A stretch of 64,000 nt of DNA. Source: Mobula hypostoma. Lineage: Eukaryota. The position numbers and the translations under genes are program-made. The DNA lies in NCBI RefSeq assembly GCF_963921235.1, contig NC_086108.1:94242001-94306000 (forward strand). The letters run 5' to 3'. Under the pieces are notes generated by a model. The model did no database searches. It was not told where the DNA came from and saw nothing but the letters and a program-made list of their open reading frames with translations. Of this stretch, positions 23,210 through 38,972 are shown piece after piece (within the stretch, counting starts at the first letter, position 1; each line of letters opens with the position of its first letter).

Positions 23210-25956
23210 AAACTCTTTGGAATACATTAATTTATTTAACAATTCTCAACAGAAGTATTTTAAACAGATCTTAACAGTTTTAAAAAAATCAAAAATTAAC
23301 ATGTGCATAAAGGTCATTAATTCCAAACCTTGACTGCTTCCCATTCTACATTCTACTTTGCCTGACAACTTATCAGTGACAATTTAACCAGATCCTCACA
23401 CTGTATACAACTTTAACTTTTAAGATAATGTGCAAGAAAAACCCCTCCTTCAGTTGTTCGCCTCTTTACTCATATTTGTAATTTTACTCACAAAAAAGCA
23501 GCATCTAAAATTACATACGAAGCAAAAGCATTACAACATTACAAACTGGCTAACAGTTTGCTCCAGTTACCTAACTGCAGATTTACAGCTACGGAAAGAG
23601 TATATTTTCTATCACATTCTAGCACTTTCACAGTTAATTTGCTATATAAATTAAGACAATTCAGATTATACAGTGCCTACTTGGGAGATTGTGTACCATT
23701 GTCAATATTTTTAGTGGTTTACTCAATGTACAAAAAATGGCCACTAGGTTGCAGGAAATTCATCTATTAATTTGATGATTCCTTAAAAATATATACATAC
23801 TTATTACAGGGAAGCATGTATATTTCATTCTTTTCTTTAATTTAGCTTTTGAGATTCATTTAAGCCAAGCTTTCCTCAACATTTTAAGGTCAACATCACA
23901 GATGATTTTTGTCTACAATCAGTCTGCCACAATTTATAGTTATTTTTCAGGAACTCAGTGCAACAAGAATAATTTTCTGCTGCACAGTGTCTTCCTTTTT
24001 ATTGCAATGACATGGTTCCTTTTTAAAAAGGACTTAAAATGGTGTTGCTAACTAATGTAAATATCACACAATCGATAATGCTTTCTGTAGTCGGCATGTG
24101 TAATTTAGTCAAGAAACACTGCAAAATATTGTTGGACTAATGTTTTAAAGTAATAGGTTTTCAGCAAATTATACATTTTTCAGGACAGAAAATAGTTTCA
24201 CATTTGTAATTTCTATACAGCATAGTATACAGAAGCAAACAAAGCACTGAATCATATTTCCAATGCTTACACAACTGATCAATTGTACCTAGCATTCTTT
24301 TTTCTCCCCCCAACAAATAATGGGTTTCTTTGCAGCTTTAAGTAAATTGTACTACAAATCACAAAACCTTTTACTTCAAAAAGATATTGCTGAGAACACT
24401 TTTTCTGTCACTTGAAAAAACTCCATTTCAAGTAAACCAAAAATGAAAAACACAAATGAGGAATGTTTGGTTCCTTGTTTGTTGAATTTGAATTAAGCAG
24501 ACATTATATATTTATTACAATAGAAGTACAGTTCAGAACACAGGTTGACTAAGGATTTAGCGGAAAAACAAAGTTGGCATTTGAAGCAGTCTAGAATACC
24601 CCTGGAGAATATAATATCTACACTTTTGTTACTCAAATTACTAAAAGTGCGTATGGTTAGATTATCCACAATATCCACAAGATTCAATAAATCCACATGA
24701 TGATGAGGCTACTCCAAATTACAACACCTGTCCAGCTGTTTGTACTAAACCAGAGCTTTGCGTGAACTAAGTTATTCCCAAGGGTTGGCCAGAATGGAAA
24801 AATATTACAAACTCTAATTTAAAAAAACACATTCATTGTGAATCAATTTAGTTAACCAGTACAAATATTTAGTATTTTAAAAACAATATAAATATTGACT
24901 GAAAGATTAGTTGCACACTTCCTCTGGTACCTTATTATAATACATTTGTATAGTAGGTCTACTAGATCAGTAGCTGAAGTACTGACAGAATATACAAGTC
25001 AGTCACAATTGATGAGCTGCCATATACTTGCAAATGTAAGCCTTTTTGTGATACTATTGGAAACAATGGCAGTCAGCAGATTTAGGCACTCTTCTGTAAA
25101 ATAGTTGATTTAAGGCAGCAGCTGTAATATGAGATAGTGGTAAAAATAAGTGGCTGGGTGTCTTGAAAAAGCTCACGATGTACACCTCACATGGTTTCTG
25201 CCCAAATGTCTCTTCACAATGGCCCATTTCGTTTTCCTGAAGCCACATGCTGTTTTCAGTTGTATTTCCATTGAATCTTAGTCATCAATGATTAATCCAA
25301 TTCTCAAAACCAAAAGTGGGCCAAAAGCAAGGAGGGAGGAGAATTTGTAAACTGTACACTAACAATGAAAAGTTGCACCCACTGTTTTGTCAAAGATCTT
25401 CAACACTGGCAATCAACATGCCACTATTTCCATGCAGTACTGATAGCAGCACAAATGAAAAATGGTATGGAACTACAGATGTGAAACATTTATAAAGGAT
25501 TATGCTAGATAACATAGGGATTGCACATCAACAAAACAGGCCAACCACAGTACAGTCTAGACATCTCTAAAACCGATATTTAGTGTGATTTACATAAGCA
25601 TGCAACAGCATGTTAGGGCGAGCATGTAGGATGGTACAGGCAGACTATGTTTTTAGAATACCATAGGATGGTGAAGTCAATCTGCAACACTTCACCTGGG
25701 TTGATAACCCTTTGACACTGATAAAGACCTTTGAGATACTGTACTGTTGATTCACCAGGTACGATGTGAATTGAAGTTAGAATGGTGTTAATTGTGTTAG
25801 TGGCAAAGCCAACCATTATCAAACATGCAGTCTCCTCCTCCCTCCTCAGCTACTAGCCTCTACCTTTCAGCAACTGCGCTTTTCCCACCCCAGAAAACAG
25901 CTGCATGCAACCTCCTTCAATGCCTCGCCCAAAGTTTCAAGAACCCAAAGATCAAT
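23210..25956 (-). other. FNBP1L: FNBP1L long 3'UTR (approximate)
   Basis: About 2.7 kb of AT-rich, repeat-free sequence downstream of the GS* stop. Minus-strand AATAAA at 23231-23236. Confidence 0.55.
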
Positions 25957-25964
25957 TCAGGAAC
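25957..25964 (-). CDS. FNBP1L: FNBP1L alternative terminal exon, coding part (...KNSK-G-S-stop)
   Basis: Minus strand tttctttctttctccctggactgcAG|GTTCCTGA. In phase with the internal donor agtaaag|GTgcag at 26790, giving the KNSKGS* ending recalled for mammalian FNBP1L. Confidence 0.8.
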
Positions 25965-26770
25965 CTGCAGTCCAGGGAGAAAGAAAGAAAGCACCATTAC
26001 TAAATTCAGCTGGGACAAACAAAAGATAATTAAAGGTAACAGGAAAAAGTCTCTTAAATTATATGGTAGAAGTTTTTAACCATATAATGCCAAAAGTAAA
26101 ACAAAATTGCACCCAAGTGTTGAAAGATGTTACATTAAAGTCAACCGATAATCAGATTTTTGTTTTGGTAACTGGCAAAATAATTCAAGTAATTAGAGTG
26201 CAGTAAAATGCAGATTAAGTTACATTTTTTTAAAAATGTAACAGGAATGTAATAAACACTTCAATGTGCCTCCCCATCATCAATACTCAAAAATTGTTTA
26301 TTTTGGATCACTTATAAAATTTTTCTGCTTAAAAAGTGACAAATAAAGAAAAGGACTTTTAGTTTGTAAATCCACATACTTCAAGCTAAAAGTTTATATT
26401 CCAATAAAAATTCAAAAAACAATAGCTGCAATAATCAACTAAAAAAGATAGAAAATACTGAGACCCTTCACCTATGTACATATTTACAAAGTTTAAGGCA
26501 ACAGGAATAATGGAAAGAATTGATAGTATAATGTAACAATACTAGAGTCTAACAGTTTCTGAATATCAAGTCATGGCGTCCGGGACTGCATTCATGCACA
26601 AAATTTAACTTTTAAGAAAAAAATTAATCAGCTCAGCTCACACGGTGAACAAAGAATTTTGAAATAGGAACACAAAGTATAAGCATTCATATTCTTGATG
26701 TTCCTTCATTATTCCTTTAATTTAAAATTAATTTCCCCCATGATTACAACTGGATTTTAGCTGCTTATAT

Positions 26771-26949
26771 TTATATGTATGTAACTGCACCTTTACTGTT
26801 TTTCTCTAGAGTAATATCTATATATGACGTTGGCACATAGCCTTCTTGTCCATTCTGCTTCCGTGCCCTTGTCCAGCCGTCGCCTTTATCTTCTTCAATA
26901 ACATACAATACCTCCCCTTCTTGCATTGATAATGTCCCTTCGTTCTGAC
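26771..26949 (-). CDS. FNBP1L: FNBP1L SH3-domain exon, read-through C-terminus GAVTYI*
   Basis: tttgcAG|gtcagaac. Encodes (G)[58 protein letters not shown]. Confidence 0.95.
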
Positions 26950-27345
26950 CTGCAAAGGAGGAAAATATAGAAAGGTCTGATTGCAACATTCACAGAATTC
27001 ACACAATTCACAGAATCTTATAGCTCAGAGACAGGGCAGCTGATCTACACAAGATGTGCTGGCTCCTTGGAGGGATCAGAATCAGATTTATTATCACTGA
27101 TATATGTTGTGAACATTGTTAACTTACTTTAAATTACAAACTAAAAGGTGCAAAAGATGAATAATGAGATGGCATGCATTGGTTCATCAACGGATCAGAA
27201 ATATGATGACGATGGGGAAAATGCTGTTCTTAAAATATTGAGTGTGGGTCTTCAGGCTCCTGTTATCTCCTTCCTAATGCAGTAATGCAAAGACGGCGTG
27301 TCCCAGATGGTGAGGCTCTATGTGTCTTGAAGAACCACCCAATTA

Positions 27346-28500
27346 GATAATTGATGAAGGCAAGGCAGTGATGATGTCTACGTGGACTTTTGCGAGGCAT
27401 GGGAGGTTGGTCAAGAAGGTTCAGTTGTTTGGCATTCAAGATAAGGTAGTAAATTGGATTAGACATTAACTTCATGGGAGAGGCCAGAGAGTGGTAGTAG
27501 ATGGTTGACTCTCTTGACTGGAGACCTGTAACTAGTGGTGTGCCACAGGGATCAGTGCTGGGTCCATCATTGTTTGTCATCTACATTAACAATATGGATG
27601 ATAGTATAGTAAACAGGTTCAGTAAATTTGTGGATGAAACCAAGATTGTGGACGTAGTGGACAGCATGCAAGGCTTTCAAAGCTCACAGAGAGATCTGGT
27701 CCAGCTAGAAAAGTGTGCTGAAAAATGGCAGATGGAATTTAATGCAGACAAGTGTGAGATTTTGCACTTTGGGACAACAAACCAGGGTAGGTCTTACATG
27801 GTGAGCAGTAGGGCACTGAGGAGTGTGGTAGAACAGTGGGATCTGGGAATACATGTCCAAAATCCCTTCAAGTGGCGCCCTAGGTAGACAGGGTTTTTAA
27901 AGAGAGCTTTTGTCACATAGGCCTTCATACATCAAAGTATTGACTACAGGAATTGGGATGTTGAAGTTGTATAAAACATTATGAGGCCTAATTTGGAGTC
28001 ATGTGAGCAGCTCTGGTCACTGACAAGAAAGATATCAATAAGGTTGAAAGAGTACAGAGAAAATTTGCAAGGGTGTTGTCAGGACTTGAGGACCTGAGTT
28101 ATAGGGAAAGGTTGAATAGGTTGGACTTTACTCCCTAGAGCGTAGGAGAATGAGGAGAGGCGATAAGTATACAGAATTATGTGGGATACAGATAGGGAAA
28201 AAATATGTAGGTTTTACCACTGAGGTTGGGTGAGACTGTAACTAGCAGTATCGGTTAAGGATGAAACGTGAAATGTTTATGGGGAACATAAAGGGGAACT
28301 TCTTCATTCACGGGGTAGCGAGTGTGGAACAAGCTGTCAGCAGAAGCAGTGGATGTGAGTTCGATTTCAAAATTTCAGAATGATGGGAGGGGTATGGAGG
28401 CCTATGGTCTGGGTGAAAGTTGATGTGACTAATCAGATTAATAGTTTAGTACAGACTAGATGGACTGAAGGGCTTTTCGTTCTGTAGTGTTCTCTGACTC
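27346..28500 (+). mobile_element. CR1 LINE 3' RT fragment, decayed
   Basis: ORF 27501-27887: WRPVTSGVPQGSVLGPSLFVIYIN...SKFVDETK...WQMEFNADKCEILHFG. Confidence 0.88.
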
Positions 28501-28570
28501 TAAATGATTTTGCTCAAAAAATTGTCCTTTTTATCTGTACAACAGCAAACATTAGATTCAAAGCCAATTG

Positions 28571-30880
<2,310 letters not shown>

Positions 30881-31735
30881 AAAACATTGTCTATTGAGCT
30901 TCTCAGTAGATATGTAGCAAGTGCAGCTGTCACAATACTATTCATAGAGCATTGAGGGAGGGCCAAGTGCCAAAAAAACACTGCAGGTATTGAGAGTACG
31001 AACACATATGCAAAAGAGCACTAGAAATATTAGCTGTTTAAGATATATCAATGACAACATCAAATGCTGCTAACTATTTATCCTACAGACTTTGACTTCA
31101 ATACTAAGTATCAAATGACAAAGGTTTTTAAGTTATCACATTGAACAAATGTGATTGAGATCCATTATGATTGTGTTGATTATGGCAGATCGGAAGGCAA
31201 GTTTGAGGGAAAAAGTGTCTTGGAAACACTGGAGTGGAAGCGTATCCACACGTCTTTTTCCTCAAACGTGGTGCACTGAAAGACTAAGGGGTGATCTATT
31301 AGATGCCTATATTATTAAGGGCAGTCAGAATCTTCCCCCCCCCCCCCACCCCAAGATACGGGAGCATAAAACCAAGAAGGAATAGGTTTAGGGTGAGAGG
31401 GCAGAAATTAGAAGGGCAAGTTTTTCCACATAAAGCATGGTGGTTAAATAGACCAGAAGAAGCAGCAGAGGCAGTTACAATTACATTTGGAAGGCACTTG
31501 GATAGGAAAGGAACAGAGGGATACAGGGCTGAAGCAGAGAAATAGGATTAGTGTAGACAGGCACAAAGCTGGTATGGGTGAGGACCCAATTATATGCTGT
31601 AAAACTATATTACTCCAGCATCTACCAAACTTCCCAGCTTTAACATAGCCCAAATAAAGCTCATCCTTTATGGAAAAAACAATTGGTTTCAAAAAAAGAT
31701 TCACATAAAATTCAGATCATACTGAAGATTTTTAC

Positions 31736-31890
31736 CATCAAATGGGTACAATGCTTTGCAGTGGCCAATAGCAGGTAAAGGTTCATCATCTTCAAATTCA
31801 TCATCAAATTCAACGTGGCGGTGTGGTTCTGAATATCTCTGGTGTGCTCTCTGCTCTTGGTTTGGATCATCTGTATAACTCCCATCAGGG
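31736..31890 (-). CDS. FNBP1L: FNBP1L exon (acidic linker and SH3 start)
   Basis: ctttcatcAG|ccctgat...tttgatg|GTaaaa. Encodes (S)[51 protein letters not shown]. 155 nt, phases match. Confidence 0.95.
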
Positions 31891-32614
31891 CTGATGAAAG
31901 CAAAGTAAAACAACAAGAATTAGTGATAAGAAGCTTATTTAATAAAATCAATGCCTGTAAATATTTACTCTTGAAAGTGAATGGATGCATTTTAATTATA
32001 ACCATTAGGAAACAGTTATTCATGGAGTTTTCCTAAGTATTCTTACATATCAAGTAGCAGCATTAACTTTCTCTAAGATTTTTGTAACAGAGGATTAAGA
32101 AAATACTCCTCCAATTAATAGCCAGATAATTGCCAATAACATGCTAGAACTTCAAATAAATTCTACCTTTAAATGAACGAATCTGAGGTATGAGTCAACT
32201 GCTGACATTTGCCCAAGCACCCAACCTCCACATGAACATGAAAGAACAGCTGAAGCTAGCATGCAACTTCAAAATGACTGGTCTGATTCAGCAAGCTAGT
32301 CTCAACCAGTCGACCTTCAAAATAGGGCAATGCTTTTTAAAATAATTTTAAATGTTACATAGTCTATACAAAACTGGACATTCTTTGATGCTGACATCAC
32401 AGATGCAAAGTCCAAGTGGTTATCAACTACAAGCAGCAGAGATTAGCAGTATATTTCCCCAAATCCTTATTATTTTTGTTTTGGAGTACAATGTTATTGC
32501 CAGCAACGCTTGTCATAGTTTGCAGAAAGCAGGCCCCAAAAACTAATCAGACTTCATAAATTGCAGCAAGCAGATAACAGGTTTAATTGGAAAATAGTGT
32601 GCCATATTACTATA

Positions 32615-32795
32615 GGTCAGGCAGCATCAATGAAAGGAATAAATAATCAATGTTGCAGGCTTAGTCCCGATGAAGGATCTCGGCTCGAAACATTGACTCT
32701 ATTTCTTTCCATAGATGCTGCCTGACCTGGGGAGTTCCTCCAGTTTTTTGTGTATTACTCTGGATTTCCAGCATCTACAGAATCTCTTTTGTTTG
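32615..32795. mobile_element. Penelope pseudo-LTR-derived fold-back element with hammerhead-like motif
   Basis: ggtcaggcagcatc... is inverted relative to ...gatgctgcctgacc. Central agtc-CCGATGA-aggatctcggctc-GAAA-catt-gact. Confidence 0.7.
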
Positions 32796-33127
32796 TCGCC
32801 ATGTAATTATACCAATTTAAATGTTCAATGTTAGAAATAGAAGACATTTTTACATGTTTCATGATTGTTTGAATGTTTTTTTTTAAAAAAATCTATCACT
32901 ATTAACAAGTGTTACTTGTATAAAATACAATGCAATTCTTTTACACTCCTATTATCTGGGCTCTGCTGATTTGGAGAACATTAAGAAAAGATTTGACCCC
33001 AGAGTCAGTTCAGGATTTACTGTACAAGACTATTGAAATAACCTGGAGAGGGATGAGCTCCACTAAGTTTCAGATGCCCAAGACATGCCATATGATGAGC
33101 ATACCAAAAAGATCAGTGTAAAACGCT

Positions 33128-33154
33128 ACACACACACACACACACACACACACA
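33128..33154. repeat. (AC)n microsatellite
   Basis: About 13 AC units. Confidence 0.95.
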
Positions 33155-33355
33155 GTTAAAATACCTTTGTCTTCAATTGAGTTAAAATACTTGTTTATAG
33201 TGATCTTTGTCAAGTAGTTTGCAGAAAAGGGCAGGAAAATAAGTACTTCTTCAAAGTAACCTCAGTATGTGAATTATGTCAATAAGTTAATGATGCTTCA
33301 GAAAGATGTATCAAAACTAGATCACGACCCATTAACAAATTAGTTGAATGTGTAC

Positions 33356-33471
33356 CTCTCTCTCCCAGGCGTTCCATGATGATTAGTTTCAGTAGGACGT
33401 TCACATGCAGTACTACCACTTAATCGTCTGTCTCCTCTTCCACTTGGTCTTTCGACCTCAGCAAGCCATGC
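33356..33471 (-). CDS. FNBP1L: FNBP1L exon (HR1 end and linker)
   Basis: ctcttaaAG|gcatgg...gagagag|GTacac. Encodes AWLAEVERPSGRGDRRLSGSTACERPTETNHHGTPGRE(S). 116 nt. Confidence 0.9.
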
Positions 33472-35115
33472 CTTTAAGAGATTAACATAGTGTTAGTTAG
33501 CATTAGATAATTAATAATAACTTAATTGAGGCAATCATTTACAGCACAATCAACTTAATAAATAGAGTAAAATTAAATAAATGAATGCTTTAGTCATTAT
33601 TATCCAAAGGACTCTTTTTAGAGTGGAATCTCAAATATCTGCTATTAATAATCAGGTTTCCTACTACAAGTATTTAAGTTCCACTGCCAATTACATAGAT
33701 CTGAAAGCACAAGTATTAATATACTAAAAGACCCAAAGTCACTCACTGTTTTTCAGCTCAATGAGTAATTGTCCCAATTAATTTCTCTAAACAGGAGCAG
33801 GGTTTTGATAAGGTGACAGTAACCATTCTACCCCATGCAAGCATCCAGCAGAACAAACAAATATTATCTTTCAGATACAAACCTAATGCCCACATTAGAT
33901 TTGCATCCTTCTATGCTCTATCTACTCAAATGCTTGTCTACATATCTTTTAAGTGAAGCAACTGTATCAGATTCCACCACTTCTGGCAGTGCCATTTTAC
34001 TTTCAGGCTTCCAGAACCTGAAATACCTTGCTCAAGTGAAAGACATTTATCCCCAAATACCTCCATGTAATCAGGCATTATACTGAAGACTACGTTTCCC
34101 CCAAGTTCTAGCAGAGAACACAGGAACAGAAGTAGGCCACTTAGCCCCTTGAGCCTGCCCTACCATTCCATATGACTATGGCTGACCTGTAATGCCCTCA
34201 ACATTTTTTGTACCAATTCTCTGTAATTCTCAATTTCTTGCTTTCAAATATTTATCTCTGCATTAAATATATATAATGATCAGTTTCTACCACCCTCAGG
34301 AACAGAGAATTCCATAAATTCACTATCCACAGAAGAAATAAAATTTTTTAAAAATTTGAACACTTTACTTTTAAAGATCAGCCCCTTATTGATAGAAATA
34401 TTATAACTGTCAATGCACACTTTCAACAAAATTACATCAGGAAAGAGGAACCCATAAGATAGAGAAGTGATAGGAGGCCATTTGGCCACTTGTGCTTGCT
34501 CTGGTATCCAATAAAATCATGGATGATCTTTTACCTCAGTGCTACTCTTCTTGATTACCTTAATATCTAAATCAGAAATGGTACAGAATGCCATGAACCA
34601 GCGTGCTCACTGGTACTGTACAGTATGATAGCCTCCGGAACTACAAGCCTATCAAAAATTCCACTGGGATGAGTTGGTTAGATTTTACATCCATTTATCT
34701 TAAATTTGCCTTCATTTGTATGGTTCCAACTATAGTAACAGATCTCTATTAGTTCATCAAGGTAATTCTTCAAGGACAATATTAAAAGTTATTAAACCAA
34801 TTCAGGAAAAATATTTCAAAGAGATTTTCCAATGACAAACATAATAAAGTTAGTGGAAGTATTCAGCAGCAGAAACCTTTGCCTAGAAGCACCAAATCAA
34901 CTATAATTTCCTACATGCTAGCAAAATGAAGAGTTAACTCAGCATTAATAATCAATCTACAATACATGTCACATTTATAAGCTACATCAGACTACACATG
35001 TAGGATGAATTATACTCAAACACATAAGAAAAATCAGATATGCCACTTTAATTCCAAGCCCTCCTAAATTTCTAAAACTGTGCGGTCAAGGCGCAACACA
35101 CATTTTCAAAGTTAC

Positions 35116-35248
35116 CTCGTTCTTTTGAATCTCATAACGTAGCTTGTCAATATTGCTCATAGTCTCTGCTATCTTTGGATTCAAACTACCAGAATCACCC
35201 ATCTGGGGATTTCGTTCATAAACATCTTTCATTTTGTTTAAGGCATCT
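35116..35248 (-). CDS. FNBP1L: FNBP1L exon (HR1 domain)
   Basis: ttttctAG|agatgcc...aacgag|GTaact. Encodes (R)[44 protein letters not shown], including the HR1 MGD motif. 133 nt. Confidence 0.95.
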
Positions 35249-36932
35249 CTAGAAAAATAAAATGTAATTCTATGTTATTGAATTGTTCCATGTAAAATGC
35301 CTTAAAATTAATATATCACTCCAATTTTCAATCGCTGTTGTCAGGTTAAATTAGAAGCATCCAAGTTTCTTTTTTAATTAAATTAGATATTTAAAAGCCT
35401 ATTGCAGTATGTTAAATAATAGTCCCTAATTCAGTTATTTTTTTAAAAAACTACAACACAGCATTTATGTAAGCATAATTCAGTAGATGCACAGAGAAAT
35501 TAGCGGCACATATTTTTCAAATAGGTTTAATATGGTGTTAAGTATCTAGAAAATTAATAGACTAGATATTATTTTCAAAGAAAGGTCAGTTTAACATATT
35601 CTGTATCAGATGCATTTTTAAATAAATCTAGCTTTTCTGATTTTAGTTCAAGTTTATGCTAAACTTTAACTGGCCATAACTTAGGTTAAATTGAATTGGT
35701 AAACTCTAGCTTTCCCTGTGCCATTATCCTACGCTTATTAGCTTGCAACAAACTGAAATTAAAATAGAAAATGCTGGAAATACTCAGCATTTCCGGCCTG
35801 GCAACAACAATTAAGAGAGGAACAGAATTAATATTTCATCAGCAAGGTCTTCTTAAATTTTAATTCTGTTCTCCCCATAGGGACTACTGGTCTGTTGCAT
35901 TTCCAGCATTTTGTGATTTTTAACATCCGATTTCCTTTTTGAGCAAAATATCCTGCTAGCTTCACTCTTTCAACTGGCAATGAAACTCACCTTTGCCAAC
36001 ACTGAAAACAAAAAAGGGTTTCAAAGGTTTAAGGTGATCCAAACAATTAGCTTCAAACAAGAAATTTACATAGCGCAAATTGAAATTGTACTTCAGACAA
36101 TGGAGGTCAAAGTGTAGCAAAAATCAATATCTTAAAATGATATGACAGAATATGACTGACTACCTGCCCAAACTATAGCATGTAGAGCTCTGGCAAATGT
36201 AATAGGACCAGTCCATTAGTTAATTGAGTCTATTTTTGTTTCTACTGCTCTGCTTAATAAGTTATTGAATGTTACATGGTATAAAAGATCCCACGGTCAT
36301 CTCACTAACCTGGAGGCAACAAGTCCAATTATTGTAGCCCAGGAGGCATCACCTAACCCAGTCTGCATCATGTAGTGAATCTAAGAACTGTGCCTAATAT
36401 GGCCAAATGCAACACTTGGGCTTCTGCCTACCAATCTTCAAGGAGGTTTGTGCTCCATTTAAACCATTTCCATTTAAGACAATTCAATTATAACAAAAAA
36501 ATGAATTCACCTGTTTAGTGTATTATTAGAAAAATAAATGTCAAACATTAAATTATCCCCTTACTCAATCACATTCAAAAACAGTTGTATTTCTCCCTAT
36601 CGTATGGAGAGCAAAGCACATGAGACACTTGCAACTTTAATCACAAAGTCAATGTCAATAATCATTCAATGATCTGCTTTTAAAATTAAAAATACACCCA
36701 TTACCTGAAATGTAAAAATGTTAAACATACTGGTATTGTGACAAATCAAAAATAAATAATTATTAACAGAACCTTATTAATACTATTATTGTTAATATTC
36801 TGTGTGGTTTTCTTTTTGGTTTGTCCTAATGTTAATGTACAAAGATTTAATAATACTCAAAATGAAGGCACAAACTCAAGGTTTTCCATACAGTGCCACC
36901 TCTCGAACCAGTACAGTTTAGCCTGTTCAGAC

Positions 36933-37042
36933 CTTTGGTCCATTTCCTTCTGGTATTCCTTGTTAAGCTCATCAATCTTTTGCTGAAGTCTCTTGCGCCT
37001 CTGTTCTGGTGGCAGATGGCTAAAGTCTTCTGATGCAGCGCT
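36933..37042 (-). CDS. FNBP1L: FNBP1L exon (HR1 start)
   Basis: tgtttcAG|agcgct...gaccaaag|GTctga. Encodes [36 protein letters not shown](R). 110 nt. Confidence 0.95.
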
Positions 37043-37459
37043 CTGAAACAAAGATTGAAACAATGTTTATCCCATTCTTTGTACCTTGCAGTCAAATCAG
37101 CTTGTATACATATATCGTAGAAGCATTGACATCAACTTTAAACCATACATGGTTACAGATGAGCTTAAAGAAGGTAATCTTGTGCAGCACAATAAATCTG
37201 GAAAATTTACCATAAGCAGTAAGATTTATTGTAAAGAACCACAAATTTCTTTTCCAAGCATTACATGAAATAAAAATGCTTTAAGCATGCCTAATAACAA
37301 TATATCACTTGCCACAACAAATCACTATCTGAATTAAAATATATAAAGTACATTCCAGTTCAAAAGACAGCATTTATTACGGCACTCACACACCCCTAAA
37401 ATGTTTCAATGCAATTGCTCACTTTCTAGACATGATCCTTTGTGAGTAATGTAGTTAGT

Positions 37460-37682
37460 TTGAAATACAGTGTGGAATAGGCCCTTTGAGCCACAATGCC
37501 CAGCAACCCCTGATTTAATCCTAGCCTCATCACGAGACAATTTACAATGACCGAATAACCTACTAACAAGTACATACAGAGGACCTGGAGAAAACTCATG
37601 CATTCCACATGGAGGATGTCGGAATTGAACTCTGAAGTCAGATGCCCCAAGCAGTAATAGCGCCATGCTACTACGCTACTGC
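37460..37682 (-). mobile_element. tRNA-derived SINE (V-SINE/HE1-like), decayed
   Basis: Minus strand begins cagtagcgtagtagcatggcgc, with B-box-like gagttcaattcc and gcatgagttttctccagg. Confidence 0.6.
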
Positions 37683-38972
37683 AGTTGATCATTAGCAGGT
37701 AGTTAAAAAATAGATCTCCCCAGAAGAGCTAACTTTTAAAAAGAAATTGGTAATTAGTTTTGTTAAGGCTCAGGCATATTAGATCCACACACACATTTTA
37801 TCACAGCAGTACTGCACTGGAGCTCTGAACTGTTGTGCAGAAGTGTTATGAAAAGTTAGAGAAACAAAACGTCTCCAGTTTCTGGTGTTCCCAGTAATTC
37901 ACAAATGTACACAGATACACATTGATTATCGACAGTACAGATTATTGATGCATCTTTTGCCACTCAAAACTGTCAAAGTAGCACAAAAATGGAAGAAGAG
38001 AGTCATTAACCTGAAAATGCAGTCCATGTCTGACTGCTTTAGTTGAAGATCTGCAAGACAGGAGGTCAGGAAGAAAGTTTTCTCCATTTAAAAAAAAAAT
38101 CCATGTACATTTTTAAAATTGGAACATTCATCATGAATATTTTTTGTTACAAAGCTGTTCCACAATTACTGGTGTTTGTATCTGTGACAACTTGAATCTG
38201 AATCAAAATGACATGGAGTCCTGCAGCTGTGATTTGCAATGGAATTTGAATTGGTTTATTATTGTCACATGTACTGAAGTACAGTGAAAAGCTTGTCTTG
38301 CATACTGTTCATACAGATAAATTCATTACAATTTTTCATTGAAGTTTTCTTCAGATAGTGGCCAAAATGCTAAATAGAACATTGCATAAAGAAAATATTT
38401 ATCCTGGAGGAAATGGAAATATGTTGTTAACTGAATATGGGGCAACAGAGAGGGAGAACAGAAAATACTAAAGCTCAACTCCATTATTGCTAGGTGTTCA
38501 GTTTTAATGTGACTTTGCTGATGTAAAATGCGGGGTGACCAGAATGAAGACATAAAGCTGCAGTTAAAGGACTTGCATTTCAACGCACACTCCATAAACC
38601 AACAAAATTGGAATGGAACATTTTAGGGGAAAGTTTTTAAACTTGCCACCCAGCCACAAGTCTGACATTGTGAAATAATGCTGGCCCACTTAGCATTATT
38701 AAATGCTACTGACTGAAGAGCAAACTTTACAATTATGCTATCAAAATTCTAAAGGAAAGCAAGGCAACTCAAATAGTACAAATTCATCAACAGACTTAAA
38801 ATTAATAAAATGAGCACAAGTCTTAGGCTTAAGCTTTACCAAATATTGCCTAAAAGCAGAATAGAGAAAAAAAAAATCAATGTAGCTTTACAGTTTTAAA
38901 GACACTTCAACCATAAACACTTCCACAAAAGCAACAGACGTAGAGAAGCTTTGGGTTCAAAGCTCTGCTTAC

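Noticed and set aside
38540..38557. Alternative candidate microexon ctgcAG|ctttatgtcttcattctg|GTcacc
   Set aside because: Weak donor and no similarity to the known 5-aa segment. The 38973-38987 candidate fits far better.
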